Shown here piece after piece: positions 41,401-53,407 of a stretch of 64,000 nt of DNA (position 1 is its first letter; every line of letters begins with the position of its first letter). Origin of the DNA: Mobula hypostoma (taxonomy: Eukaryota); the NCBI RefSeq assembly GCF_963921235.1, contig NC_086097.1, positions 54,500,001 through 54,564,000 on the forward strand, in the 5' to 3' direction. Position numbers and translations under genes: made by a program. The notes beneath the pieces were generated by a model. The model made no database searches. It saw nothing but the letters and a program-made list of their open reading frames with translations, and was not told the origin of the DNA.

Positions 41401-41614
41401 TCAATTGATTAGCCAGCAGCTTGCCAATTTTGTCACTGTGAACATAAAATTCACTTCTTGTTTTCTTTAATTGGTTTACAATCGAGGACGATATTAATAA
41501 ACTGTGTTCCATTTGAAGTTCAGTTCTTTGTTTGTATAACTCCTCAGAAGGAGCCATAACATATTTCTTATCAATTTCTTTAATCTTGTCCACAATTGCC
41601 ATCTCCTCCTGCTA
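38411..41614 (-). mobile_element. Young 5'-truncated L1-clade LINE (ORF2 RT and C-terminus, 3' UTR, polyA signal)
   Basis: 11-bp TSD gcacccctctg (38400-38410, 41615-41625); ORFs 40802-41602 and 38766-40808 separated by one frameshift; KAPGPDGF, YRPISLLNVD, SLDAEKAFDRV, GTRQGCPLSP, LYADD, GGLALPN. Confidence 0.95.
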
Positions 41615-41802
41615 GCACCCCTCTGAACAAGCTTCATTCAATAAGATCATAGCTGATCCAATCTTGTCCTCAACACCACTTTCTTGCTTTTCTGTTGCAT
41701 CCCTTGGCTCCCCTGTGGTTTGGCTGTGCTTCAGTAGTATCCTGGGGAGAGGATTTTAAAGATTTAAGACCCACTCAGAGATATGAATTCTTCTCATCTT
41801 CT

Positions 41803-42340
41803 CAGAATCAGGTTTATTATCACCGGCATGTGCCATGAAATTTGTTAACTTAGCAGCAGCAGTTCAATACAATACATAATGTAGAAGAAGAAAAATTATA
41901 ATAATTAAGTAAATCAAATGCAGAATATGTATATTGAATGGATTAAAAATTGTGCAAAAAACTAATGAAGTGAAGTAGTAACACACATCAAAGTTGCTGG
42001 TGAACGCAGCAGGCCAGGCAGCATCTCTAGGAAGCGGTACATTCGACATTTCAGGCCAAGACCCTTTGCTTTGTGTGTTGCTTGAATTTCCAGCATCTGC
42101 AGAATTCCTCATGTTTGCGTTTTTAAAAGTGAGGTAGTGTTCAAGAGTTCAATGTCCATTTAGGAATCGGATGGCAGAGGGGAAGAAGCTGTTCCTGAAT
42201 CACTGAGTGTGTATCTTCAGGCTTCTGTACCTCCTACCTGATGATAACAGTGAGAAAAGGGCATGCCCTGGGTGCTGGAGGTCCTTAATAATGGACGCTG
42301 CCTTTCTGAGACACCGCTCCTTGAAGATGTCCTGGGTTCT
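41803..42340 (-). mobile_element. Rex1/Babar 3' end, same subfamily as 16182-19072
   Basis: caggtttattatcaccggcatg...ttcaatgtccatttaggaatcggatgg is shared with 16185-16390. Confidence 0.85.
41980..42126. mobile_element. 147-bp Penelope-terminus insertion with internal inversion
   Basis: TSD aagtgaagtagt / aagtgaggtagt (41968-41979, 42127-42138; one mismatch); minus-oriented piece followed by plus-oriented tgtgtgttgcttgaatttccagcatctgcag. Confidence 0.82.
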
Positions 42341-43091
42341 CTGAAACTATGCCTACTTACAAGAGGAAACGTTCTGTCATTACCCACTGTCACTCACAAT
42401 CTATGAAGTAACATTAAGATCACCCCTCATCCTTCTATACTCTAATGAGTATAGGTCCAAGCTGTTCCATTTTTTTGTTATTCCAAGAATCAGCTTAATG
42501 AGGTTATAATGCAAGCAATCATTCTTAAGCCTGGAGATGAAACTGAGTGCAGCATTTTGGGTATGGCCTTGCCTATATCCTATAATAATGAATCTTTACT
42601 TTTCTGCTTTTAAACTTCATACTCTTTACAGCAAAGGCCATCATTCCATTAGTGCATAATTACTTAGCGTCAGTGAATTTGACCACAGAATACTCAGTTT
42701 CTTCATCCAAGTAATCAAAGCAGATTTTAAATAATCCCTTTAGCACTTCACTAGTTACTGATTACTAATCAAAAAATGCCCCATTTATCACAGCTCTTTT
42801 AATTGTTAGTCCTCTATCCATGCTCATTTATTGCTGATACAAATATTGCTGTGATGATTGTACGTTCTAGTATCAATTGTTTGGTGACAAAGTATAGAGT
42901 ATTGCGCATAACTCCATGAGTTCCTGTTGCAATAATCATTTATGCAGCACCTTATTAACTCTGAAAATCCAAATATATTGCACCCTTTTCACATTTTCGG
43001 GGAACTGTTGAAGGTTTCCTTCCATGAAACCATATTGACACTGCTTGATTGTGATTTTCTCTATGTTCAGCTTTTACCTCCTTAATAAAAT

Positions 43092-43388
43092 GGTGCCATG
43101 GTAGTGTAATGGTTAGAGTGACATTATTACAGCTTGGTGTTGGAGTTCATAGTTTATTTCTGGCATCTTCTGTAAGGAGTTTGTACATCCTCACCGTGGA
43201 ATACGTGGTTTTCCCCGGGTGCTCCCGTTTCTTTCCACAGTCCTGAGACGTACTGGGTAGATTAATTGGTCTTTATAAATTGTCCCATGATTGGGCTAGG
43301 GTTAAACTGGGGTTGTCAGGGGTTGCTGGGCAGCGTGGTTGGAAGGGCGTATTCTTTGCTGTATCTCTAAATAAACAAATAAATAAAT
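43092..43388 (+). mobile_element. V-SINE/HE1-like SINE, complete
   Basis: tRNA-like head gtagtgtaatggttagag, central domain, CR1-like tail and (taaa)n. Confidence 0.75.
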
Positions 43389-43400
43389 GGAAATGGCTGC

Positions 43401-45537
43401 AACAAAATCACAAGACAAAGGAGCAGAAGTAGGCCATTCGGCCTGTCGAGTCTGCTCCGCCACTCCACCATGAGCTGAACTACTCTCCTATCTAGTTCCA
43501 ATTTCCGGCTTTTTCCCCATATCCCTTGATACCCTGACTAATTAGATACCTATCAATCTCCTCCTTAAACATCCTCAATGATTGGGCCTCCACAGCTGTA
43601 TGTGGCAACGAATTCCAGCCTCTGGCTAAAAAAATTTCTCCTCATCTTTGTTTTAAATGAGTACCCTCTAATTCTAAGACTGTGGCCTCTTGTCCTGGAC
43701 TCACCCACCAAGGGAAACAGCCTTCCCACATCTACTCTGTCCAGCCCTTTCAACATTCAAAATGTTTCTATGAGATCCCCTCTCATTCTTCTATACTCTA
43801 CTGAATACAGTCCAAGAACTGACAAATGCTCCTCATATGTTAGCCCCTGCATTCCAGGAATCAGACTCATAAATCTTCTCTGAACTCTCTCCAACATCAG
43901 TACATCCCTTCTAAGATAGGGGGCCCAAAACTGCACACAGTATTCCAAATGAGGTCTCACCAATGCCCCATAGAGCTTCATCAACACCTCCTTACTCTTA
44001 TACACTATTCCTCTTGAAATAAATGCCAACTTAGCATTCGCTTTCCTTACTGCTGATTCAACCTGGTGGTTAACCTTTAGGGTATCCTGCACGAGGACCC
44101 CCAAGTCCCTTTGCACTTCCGATTTTTGAATTTTCTCCACATCTAAATAATAATCTGCCCAATTGTTTCTTCTTCCAAAATGTACAACTGTACATTTCTC
44201 AACATTATATCTCATCTGCCATTGTCTTTGCCCACTCTCCTAAACTGACCTAGTCTCTCTGCAACTTTTCCATTTCTTCAACACTTCCTGTTCCTCCACC
44301 TATCTTGGTGTCATCCGCAAACTTAGCCACAAAACCACTTCATCCATAATCCAAATCATCGATATACATTGTAAGAAGAAGCGGCCCCAACACCGACCCC
44401 TGCAGAACACCACTAGTAACCGGCAACTAATCAGAATAGGATCCCTTTATTCCCACCCTTTGTTTTCTGCCTATCAGCCAATGCTCCACCCATTCCAAGA
44501 TCTTTCCTGTAATTCCACGGGCTCTCATCTTATTAAGCAACCTCTTATGCGGCACCTTATCCGAAGGCCTTTTGAAAATCCAAATACACAACATCCACAG
44601 CCTCTCCCTTGTCAATCTTATTTGAGATTACCTCAAAAAATTCCAATAGGTTGGTGAGGCAAGATCTTCCCTTCATGAAACCATGCTGGCTTGGGCCTAT
44701 CTTGTCATGCACCTGAGGTATTTCATAACCTCGTCCTTGAGGATCGACTCCAATAACTTTCTAACTACCGATGTCACACTAATAGGTCTGTAATTTTCTT
44801 TTTGCTGCCTCCCTCCTTTCTTAAACAGCGGAACTACATTTGCGACCTTCCAGTCCTCCAGAACCATGCCAGAGTCTATTGATTCCTGGAAGATCACTTC
44901 CAAGGCCTCCACAAGCTCCAAAGCCACCTCCTTCAGAACCCGTGGGTGCACCTTATCCGGACCGGGAGAGTTATCTATTCTTAGTCCATTTAGCTTCCCA
45001 AGCACTTTCTCTCCAGTAATCTTGACTGTACCAAATTCTATTCCCTGAGACCTTTGGCTATCAGGTATGTTGCTAATGTCTTCCACGGTGAAGACTGATG
45101 CAAAATACTCATTTAGTTCCTCTGCCATCTCTTTGTTACCCATTATAATTTCTCCAGCATAATTTTCAATCGGTCCTATATCTACCTGTGTCACTCTTTT
45201 ACTCTTCATATATTTTAAAAAACTCTTAGTATCCTTTTTTATGTTAATTACCAATTTCCTTTAATAATTCATCTTTTTTTTCCCTCATGACTTTCTTAGT
45301 TTTCTTCTGTAAGTTTTTAAAAGTTGTCCAGTCCTCAGTTTTCCCACTAATTTTTGCTTCCTTGTACGCTGTGTCTTTTGCTTTTATTTTAGCCTTAACC
45401 TCTCTCGTTAGCCATACTTGTGCCACTTTTCCATTCATGATTTTCTTTTTTCTTGGAATATATTTTTCCTGCACTTATTTCTTGTAGGAATTTCTACCAT
45501 CCCTCCATCTAGCTTACTTTTCCAATTGACTTGGGCC
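43401..45537 (-). mobile_element. 5'-truncated CR1 LINE
   Basis: RT peptides SPGPDKVHPRVLKE, NYRPISVTS, LVRPHLEYCVQFWAP; flanking 23-bp duplication with 2 mismatches (43378-43400, 45538-45560). Confidence 0.93.
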
Positions 45538-45659
45538 AATAAATGAATGAAAATGGCTGCTGCTAATAGGGTGAAGAAAATTATTTGGGCACAAGACACC
45601 ATTTTTACAGGAAAAGCAAGACTTGCAATTTATGATCTTTTCAGGTGCTTCAATCTTCT

Positions 45660-46046
45660 TGATAGCAGATGCTCTCTTGTTGCTGCTGTCATCAGAAAAG
45701 AAATACAGGAGCCTTAGCTCTCACACCACTAGTTTCAGGAACAGTTATTATCCTTCAACCATCAGCTCCTGGGATAACTTTACTCAAATCAGCACTGAAC
45801 TGATCATTGAACACAACCAGTGGATTCACTTTCACGGAGTGCAACTCATGTTCTCAGTATTATTATTTATTATTTGTTATTTTAATGCAGTTTATTTTGT
45901 GCACTAGTTGCTATCAGTGTTTGTGTAATTTTTCATTGATTCTATTGTATGTTCTACTGTTAATGCCTGCAAAAAATAAATTCAGGGTAGTACATAGTGC
46001 TATATATGTACTTTGATAATAAGTTCACTTTAAATTTTGAGCTTTG
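45660..46046 (+). mobile_element. Rex1/Babar 3' fragment
   Basis: KYRSLSSHTTSFRNSYYPSTI peptide and the shared tail. Confidence 0.75.
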
Positions 46047-47370
46047 AAAAGGAGTACTTTTGCCGTATGTCACACATAAATATTGCCAAAACCATTCTTT
46101 TGCTCTGTGAAATTGTATTGTGAGATTTATTTCTTCCAATTGAGAGAACAAATCAGGACCTCAGTTTATTTTTTTTATGACAATGTAACAGTTAATCAGC
46201 TCTGAAACACAGACTGGAATTTTTTAGTGTGCAAGTCTCTGGGACTCCAGAGCACAGAACTTTGGACAATTGATGGGTGGGGTTTGGGGAGGGGGAGGTG
46301 TGAAAGTCTGCATGGATGAGATTTTACTTTGAAGTGTGTTGTAATCAATATCATATTCCAAATGTGTAGTCTAATTGTTGTACTCTAATCTTAGCTCTTG
46401 AGTTTGTATTTCAGAAACAGTAAATTTTTTTACTAGAATTTTCTAAAATTCCCAGCAATGCAAAGGCAATAGTTAAGTTTCAGTGCTGTGTGATCGGTAA
46501 ATTTTAACCACGATAGTTATTTCCGTACACTATTTAGATAGTAATAGAGAGGATTTAATTTTCTGTAACGTGTTCCATTCATAACATGTTTCAAAGCTGT
46601 GAAGCATTTAGCAAAATAGTCCTTGAAATTTGTTCAACTCTGATAACTGCTTTCCACTATTTGAAATGAACTGTTTATCTACCTCTCACCTAAAGATGAT
46701 GTACATTTGCACACAAATATTCTCACCACCTTTTCTATCATCATTATTTGGCATATCATTTTGAAAAGGATCTTATTTTGTTATAGTGGATCATTGTTTT
46801 GAATTTTAAAAATTAGCATGTCAATTTTATTCAAGTCTTTACTGGTACATGAGTGAGTAACTGTCATGAGGCTATACAAGACTTTTTCAGGTGTCATTTG
46901 AAGGTTTACTTGGGTAACTCTTTTTAATTCAGTCTGCCTGATCCCAAATTCAATTCAAGTAATCAAACTATATTCACTGTTTACAGTTATTTACTGGGAA
47001 CATTTGCTCAGAATCCTCTTACCATTAAAGTTGTTGAGGTTATTTTTGCTTTTTTAAAAAATATTCATTGCAGACCACCTAAGTAACTTATTTCTACCAA
47101 AAGCTAGTCTTCATTTGGGGAAAACTGAATAAAACAAGTAGATTTGGCAAGTAGATAGAATTCTAACATTGATGGGTTAAAATATAGAAGACATTGATCT
47201 GCAGCGCCAAATGAAAGATCATCCCTTTCTGGACACATTTTGCCTCATGAAACAAATTGCATGCAAACATATAAATATTAAAACAATTTTAGGACATAAT
47301 GATAAAACTTTTTAATAGGTTGCATTATGACTGAATATGTGATAAATCTTTTTTATTATTCTTGCTGCAG

Positions 47371-47457
47371 AGTGTTACCAAAGGTGCAAGGCACAAAATT
47401 GTTCTCAGTATACAAAAACTAAAGGAGAGGCAGAATGTACTCAGATTGTTGGAAAAG
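47371..47457 (+). CDS. SAMD4A: Smaug homolog exon, C-terminal half of SAM domain: [29 protein letters not shown]
   Basis: Acceptor ttcttgctgcag|AGT, donor AAG|gtaaga, phase 0-0; TKGARHKI motif. Confidence 0.95.
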
Positions 47458-48849
47458 GTAAGAAGTAAAAGCAAATATTTATTCTTGCTCCACGTTTCCA
47501 CTTTCATAAACTATATTTTTATTTTCATATATTACTATGAAGCTATATTGCTGGAAATATGTGGTTAAAAACTGAGATGCTCATATTGTTTAACAGCTTT
47601 GGTTATTGTATTGTTACATGATGCACATTCAAAATTGTATTTTGTTATGCTCTAGATGATGATTGTTAATTTGGTCATAAATCATTTGGAGTACCAAAGT
47701 CTTATAATTTATCACTTTGTTCATAGCCTTTACTTGTATTCCTCAGTTTACTAAAGGGAAGCAACTATATCCTTTTCTTGTATTCCTCGATTTACTAAAG
47801 GGAAACAGTTCTGGAAAACACTGTTTGAAGAACTTTCATTAATTGTAAAGTCTTTTCCCATATGTTTGATGTCATCAAAAAGCTGGTTGATTTCCAGAGC
47901 TTAAGAATTTCAGACAAAAGACCTAACCATTTAAAAATATATCAACTTGTAGTACTGCTGCTTGTGGGTGAATCTGGAAGTAAGGTTCACACTATCAAAA
48001 TAAGGACTCACCCATTTATGACAGATGAGGTGAGAAATTTAGAAACGAGAATACAGTTTGCTGGAATTTGGAGCAAAAAAGACAAACTGCTGGAGAAAGT
48101 AAGTGGGTCAAGAAGCATCTGGAAGAGGATACTTCATGAGAGCTCACTTCCTTAAAAGCCAATAGTAGCAGAACCATTTTTGAGACCGATCCTTAAGAAG
48201 CACATGGAGTAAAAGGACAGATACATGGAAAGCAACATTGTGATTGCAGACACATCTGCTGTGTTTTCATTGAATGGTGGAGCAAGCTCCAGAGCCCAAA
48301 AGATCTACTCTTAATTCATATCTCATATTTTCATAGGGCAGCATGAGTGATAGCTCTGTGTGATTTATTGATGATAGGTGAAAGGTTGTGTTATCACTAT
48401 GGTTTAGATGGTGGTGTTGAATCTGAGCTTGAAAGATTTTGCATCATTCATGCCAAAGATACTACTAGTGGAATGTTACTGGTTAGCTGATGAAGGAAAC
48501 TTAGAGAAGGTGTTGCTGAAAGTTTAAGCAGCTCTTTTTCATGTGATCAAGCTCTTTACTGCAAAGCATGTTCTTTTCTCATATTTAACCTTGTCCAGTG
48601 CCATCTTGCATATGTGCATCATTGTGTATGGGCTACTGTTTCTAGATGCAATAGGGAGCTTCTGAGAACGTTTTCTTAATGAGCCTTCTGGTCATGGTCG
48701 TGTTCTGGATTTTTTAGTTTTTCTGTTTTGATTTTTGCTGCACAGGCTCTCATTATCTTTTGTATAGTATATTCTCTTTCCTTAAGATTCCAGTAATACT
48801 TCCATATTATCCTAGCCTACTTCATCAAACCCAGTCTTGTACGCCAACA

Positions 48850-50200
48850 TGAGAAAACCATCTGAGTAACTCTTTCACATTCTGGCTATAATTTTAGTCT
48901 GTACGTCAATCATTATTGCATGGAAATATCATCCCAAAAGACTCGGATACTGAGACAATCTTAATATTGTTCTACTTTTAAATGTCTTGTATGGCAGGCT
49001 TTTTTATTGCCACTTGACTCTGGAGTGATATGTCCCATTATGAATTGCAGGTGGTATGCCTTGAAAACAGTGATAGTATTGTCTGTAGATTGTAACAATG
49101 AAATATTTTTAGTGCAGAAAATACTTACTGCATTTTGTTAGCTGAGTTTTTTTTTGTTGCAAACAAAACCTAATTGGTGGAGGAACTTAGTGGCTTACAC
49201 TGCATCCCTGGCGCCAGAGGAATTGAGGTTTTGGGTTGAGACCCTGCCTTAGGATATTTTTGTTCAAGGCATTATTGATGATAAGTAAGGGTCTGTTGTT
49301 CAGGTCATTTCTCATACAATATTGTTTGATGAAAGAGAAAGGAAACAAAATGAAGGAGCAGTACTGTTATCCAGGTATTCATGTCAGTTCATCTCAGCAC
49401 TGGAAAATTGGCTTGTGGATATCTTCAGAGACCTCAGGTTTTCTGAGTGGGGAAATTAGGAGAAGCATAGGCTTTACAGTCGCCTTTTGCATTGTCTCCA
49501 TGAAGAAGAACAAGGGAATTGTTGACTTCCCTGATACATGAAAGAGTTTTCTAATCTTTTGCCACGTACTCTCTTCAAGTAAAGTCCACATTAAATGCTC
49601 AGTTAATAAATTAGACATCTCCATTGTTTCAACTCCTTGGGAAAATGCTTTGACTCCATGGTATCTGCACACGCAGCCTTTCCCACAGAACGCCTGTGTT
49701 TCATAATGGCTTGCCTTGAACGTTTCAACACTTCCAGAAGGTCCATCACACATCTCATGATTTTTCATGATTCTTCCACAGTAGTTTTTGAATTTAGAAC
49801 AGCCTCTTTTCCATTCTCTCCATTAAAATATCTCTGCCAAGAGTAATATTTTAAGTGTGAACTTTTATTTTGTCTGTGTTAAGGATTATATATGCTCTCA
49901 GTGCTTCAAGTGGATCAACAGCTAATGTTCACTAAGTACTGACTTTCTTTTTTCCTTCTGCTAATTACATCCAAGCAAGTATTAATGATCAAATATTATT
50001 TGCAAGCCTTTATAGTAAGCATTGTCCTCAAAACAGCTGGAGTATTTTGAAGCCATTTTGAAAGATGCACAGAATAAATTGTGATGGAGTCCAATGAAGA
50101 GAATGCAGCACTCTCAACAATTTTAACAGAGGAAAATTATGTGGAAAGAAGCATGAAATTCATTATGGGTCGAGACTGGTGCACTTCTCATAGTGAAGAA
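48850..50200 (-). mobile_element. Ancient Tigger/pogo transposase fossil (boundaries approximate)
   Basis: Minus-strand motif remnants in pogo order: GKAACADT, FNVD, NAKGDCK, SENLRSL, NFPV, ISLLQSTDNTITVFKAYHLQ (49045-49104). Confidence 0.6.
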
Positions 50201-51050
50201 AGCCGTATGAATCAAGGAAATGTACCATTAAGAAACAATGGCATTATACCACAAATACGTACATGGAATGTTTGTAAATCAAGGGTTCCTGTACTTCAAA
50301 ATAACATAAATATTCAAATTCAGGATTTTTTTTCCCCAGAGCAAAAGGGCAAATAAAATGCAGAAGAACTACAGAAGCTGGAAATCAGAAACAAATGTTA
50401 GAAAGACTCATAGGCCGGGCAGCATCCATGGAAAGAGAAAGATTTCATGTTTTGGGTCTGACAGATAACAGTTTAGACAGATTAAAGTGTATAGGTTGGA
50501 CTACTTGCCCAGCAGACTGGTACCATGTTCTAAGATGATTATTAATTCCTGCCAAAGTAAACATGAAAGTGCATGTTAATAAAAGACTTTGTCCTTTCAT
50601 TAAACTAGTATTTTCTTCTGAACACAAGTCAGGAATATTAAGAGAGCAAAAATCCATATAAAACTTACTCAGTGTATTTAACTACCAGGCTTTTTTGATC
50701 TATGAATATAGAAAAAGATATTGTGGAATTTTCCCTGTTAATGTGGTGTAAGTTCATAAAAATGTTGGTTTGATTAGAAATATCTAGCTACTCTCAGATG
50801 TCTGAAATTTGCGTAATTGTTTGAAAGTTTAAAATAAGTTACTGTAATGCAGGGGAAGATTTTTCAAATATACAGTTTAATATTTTTTTTAAATGCATCA
50901 GAAATTTCACATTTTCTGAAATATCTTAATTATTCTATAACCATACTTTTAAATGAAACTGCATTTTAAAGCATTTATTTTCTTAACCAATGTAAACAAG
51001 AATTCTATACACTTCAATATTCTGTTTATGATTTGCCTTCCATTGCACAG

Positions 51051-51354
51051 GACATTCTTGAAGGTGGCAATCTCCGCAATGCACTTCAGGAACTGCACCA
51101 AATGATTCTTACTCCAATCAAACCTTACAGTTTCTCTCATAGTCAGAACACAAGTGAACAAAACCAAACTTTTGACTCTCAATCCTCTATCATGAGTTCA
51201 GACAGCAGCTTAGGAAGTCGGCTTTCTGATGTGAAGGACTCTGCTGCAGGTGGAATTCAGCAACATAGCGTCACAGGGTGTGAGAGTGAGTCGGGCAGTG
51301 CTGTTGTTCCAGAAGGGGATCTACCTGGACAGTTTACAAGAGTCATGGGTAAAG
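51051..51354 (+). CDS. SAMD4A: Smaug homolog exon: [24 protein letters not shown]...[15 protein letters not shown]
   Basis: Acceptor ccattgcacag|GAC, donor AAAG|gtaagc, phase 0-1; conserved ends around a Ser-rich variable linker. Confidence 0.95.
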
Positions 51355-51647
51355 GTAAGCCTTAATTTTTAAGATTTCTCAAATAGAAATAAAAGAATAA
51401 TAATTTAAGCAATGAATAATAATTAATCAGTGGACTCAGAAATTAAAAGAATGATTTGGTGGCATTCAGACAGACATATAGTGAGACCTCTATATTTCCT
51501 TCTCACAGAGGAGGCCATTTGGCTAGTGAGTATATGCCAGCTACAAAGAATCTCATCAACCCCATTCCCCCGCTTATTTCACTATAACCTACACTCAGAC
51601 GCATGCAAACCCATTTCTCTCACCTGCCACCTCCATTAGGAGTAGTT

Positions 51648-52585
51648 TCATCATCACCATCAGGTGCCATGCCCACTTTAAGCTTTGACCATCATGGCCC
51701 ACACACTCCTGTTTCGGGTCAAGTGGATCAATTCATTGGTATTCATTTCCAGTTCTCTGGCTGCTCTCTCCATCATCATTTGTCCTTGCCTTCCTTTTGC
51801 TTTCTTCCCTTCAATCTTTCCCATAATTACCTTGCATTCTAACTTCTCTTTCCTAATCACATGTCCAATGAAGTTATGTTGCCTTTTCATGATCTCATAC
51901 ATTATTTCTCTTTTTGTGCTTGCTCCATTCATGTTATCCTTGTTAGATATTCGTTTCGTCCATGATAATCTTTGCATCCTCCTCGAAAACCTACTTCAAT
52001 TCTTTTCCTCATGTTACTAGATATTGACCAACATTCTGATCTATATAACATAACTGGATAAACGTAACATTTCAGTACTCTGAGGCGGGTTGTCATGCCG
52101 AGTTTAGTGTTGGTCAGTATACTCTTCATTCTCGTAAAGGTGTCTTTTGCCATCCCTATTCTTCTTTTGATGTCCATGTCGCACCTGCCATCTGATGTCA
52201 CCCAGTTTCCTAAGTAGCAAAAGTTCTGTACTTGTTTTATGTCTTCCCCATTTATTTTCTGCTTGCAGATAGGATTCTCTTTTTTGGATATCACCATACA
52301 TTCTGTCTTTTTGCAATTGATAGACCCATTTTTGCACTTTCTTCAGCAACTATATCAATTAAGTTTTGTAATTCTTCCTCCGTACTTGCAATTAACACAG
52401 TGGCATATCTGAAATTATTGATGTTTTCACACCAACTTTGATTCACAAGATGTCTCTTATTTTTTGTAATATTGTTTCACTGTACACATTAAACAAATCA
52501 GGGGAGAAAACACACCCTTGTCTAACACCTCTTGATTTTCATAAACTGACTCACTTCTCCATCTACTCTTACAGCGGCAGTTTAC
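51648..52585 (-). mobile_element. RTE-clade LINE 3' fragment
   Basis: QVQNFCYLG...DIKRRIGMAK...KCYVYPVMLY and GKIEGKKAKGRQ peptides; (tga)n-like tail. Confidence 0.88.
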
Positions 52586-52744
52586 TGTAGGCAATTAACC
52601 TAACAAGTAGCATAACTATGGAATCTTGAAGGCAACAATTAATATAGCCGTTAAGCCCCTTTTTCAGGAAACAGGAGCACCTGGGATAATCTTAACAGAG
52701 ACAAGATCAGAGATCAGAATAGAACCTGAGTCTGTGGAGCTGTT

Positions 52745-53245
52745 ACTTGCCATGGAAGAAAGAAAAAGGGGGAGGAGCGCCAGAGGGAGGTGATGGGCAG
52801 GCAAGGAGATACGATGAGAGAGGGAAAAGGGGATGGGGAATGGTGAAGGGGGGGGTTGGGGGCATTACTGGAAGGTTCAAGAAATCGTTGTTCATGCCAT
52901 CAGGTTGGAGGCCACCCAGACGGAATATAAGGTGTTGGTGCTCCAACCTGAGCAGGGCCTCCCCCCTTTTCTTTCTTCCATGGCATTCTGTCCTCTCTTA
53001 TTAGGTTCCCCCTTCTCCAGCCCTGTATCTCTTTCACCAATCAACTTCTTAGCTCTTTACTTCATCCCTCCCCTTCTCGATTCACCTATCACTTTGTGTT
53101 TCTTCCTCCCCTCCCTTCACCTTTTAAATCTACTTGTCTTTTTTTTTCTCCAGTCCTGTTGAAGGGTCTCAGCTGGAAATGTCGGCTGTACTCTTTTCCA
53201 TAGATGCTGCTTGGTCTGCTGAGTTCCTCCAGCATTTTGTGTATT
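52745..53245. mobile_element. Penelope-like remnant with inversion (minus GIY-YIG end joined to plus terminal repeat)
   Basis: EHQHLIFRLGGLQPDGMNNDF on minus; 52958-53245 is the terminal repeat on plus with a degenerate hammerhead at 53151-53188. Confidence 0.8.
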
Positions 53246-53407
53246 TCACTGGAATTCTCTGTTGCTTTGAGTGTAATTATGCCAGGGGTTAATTATCAAA
53301 ACCCTTCAAATCAAATCAAATTTAAGTATCTTCAAACCATACATAGATACAATTGAATGAGACAATGTTCCTCATATAAATATGAGCCTAAATTTTAAAT
53401 TTAGTCA

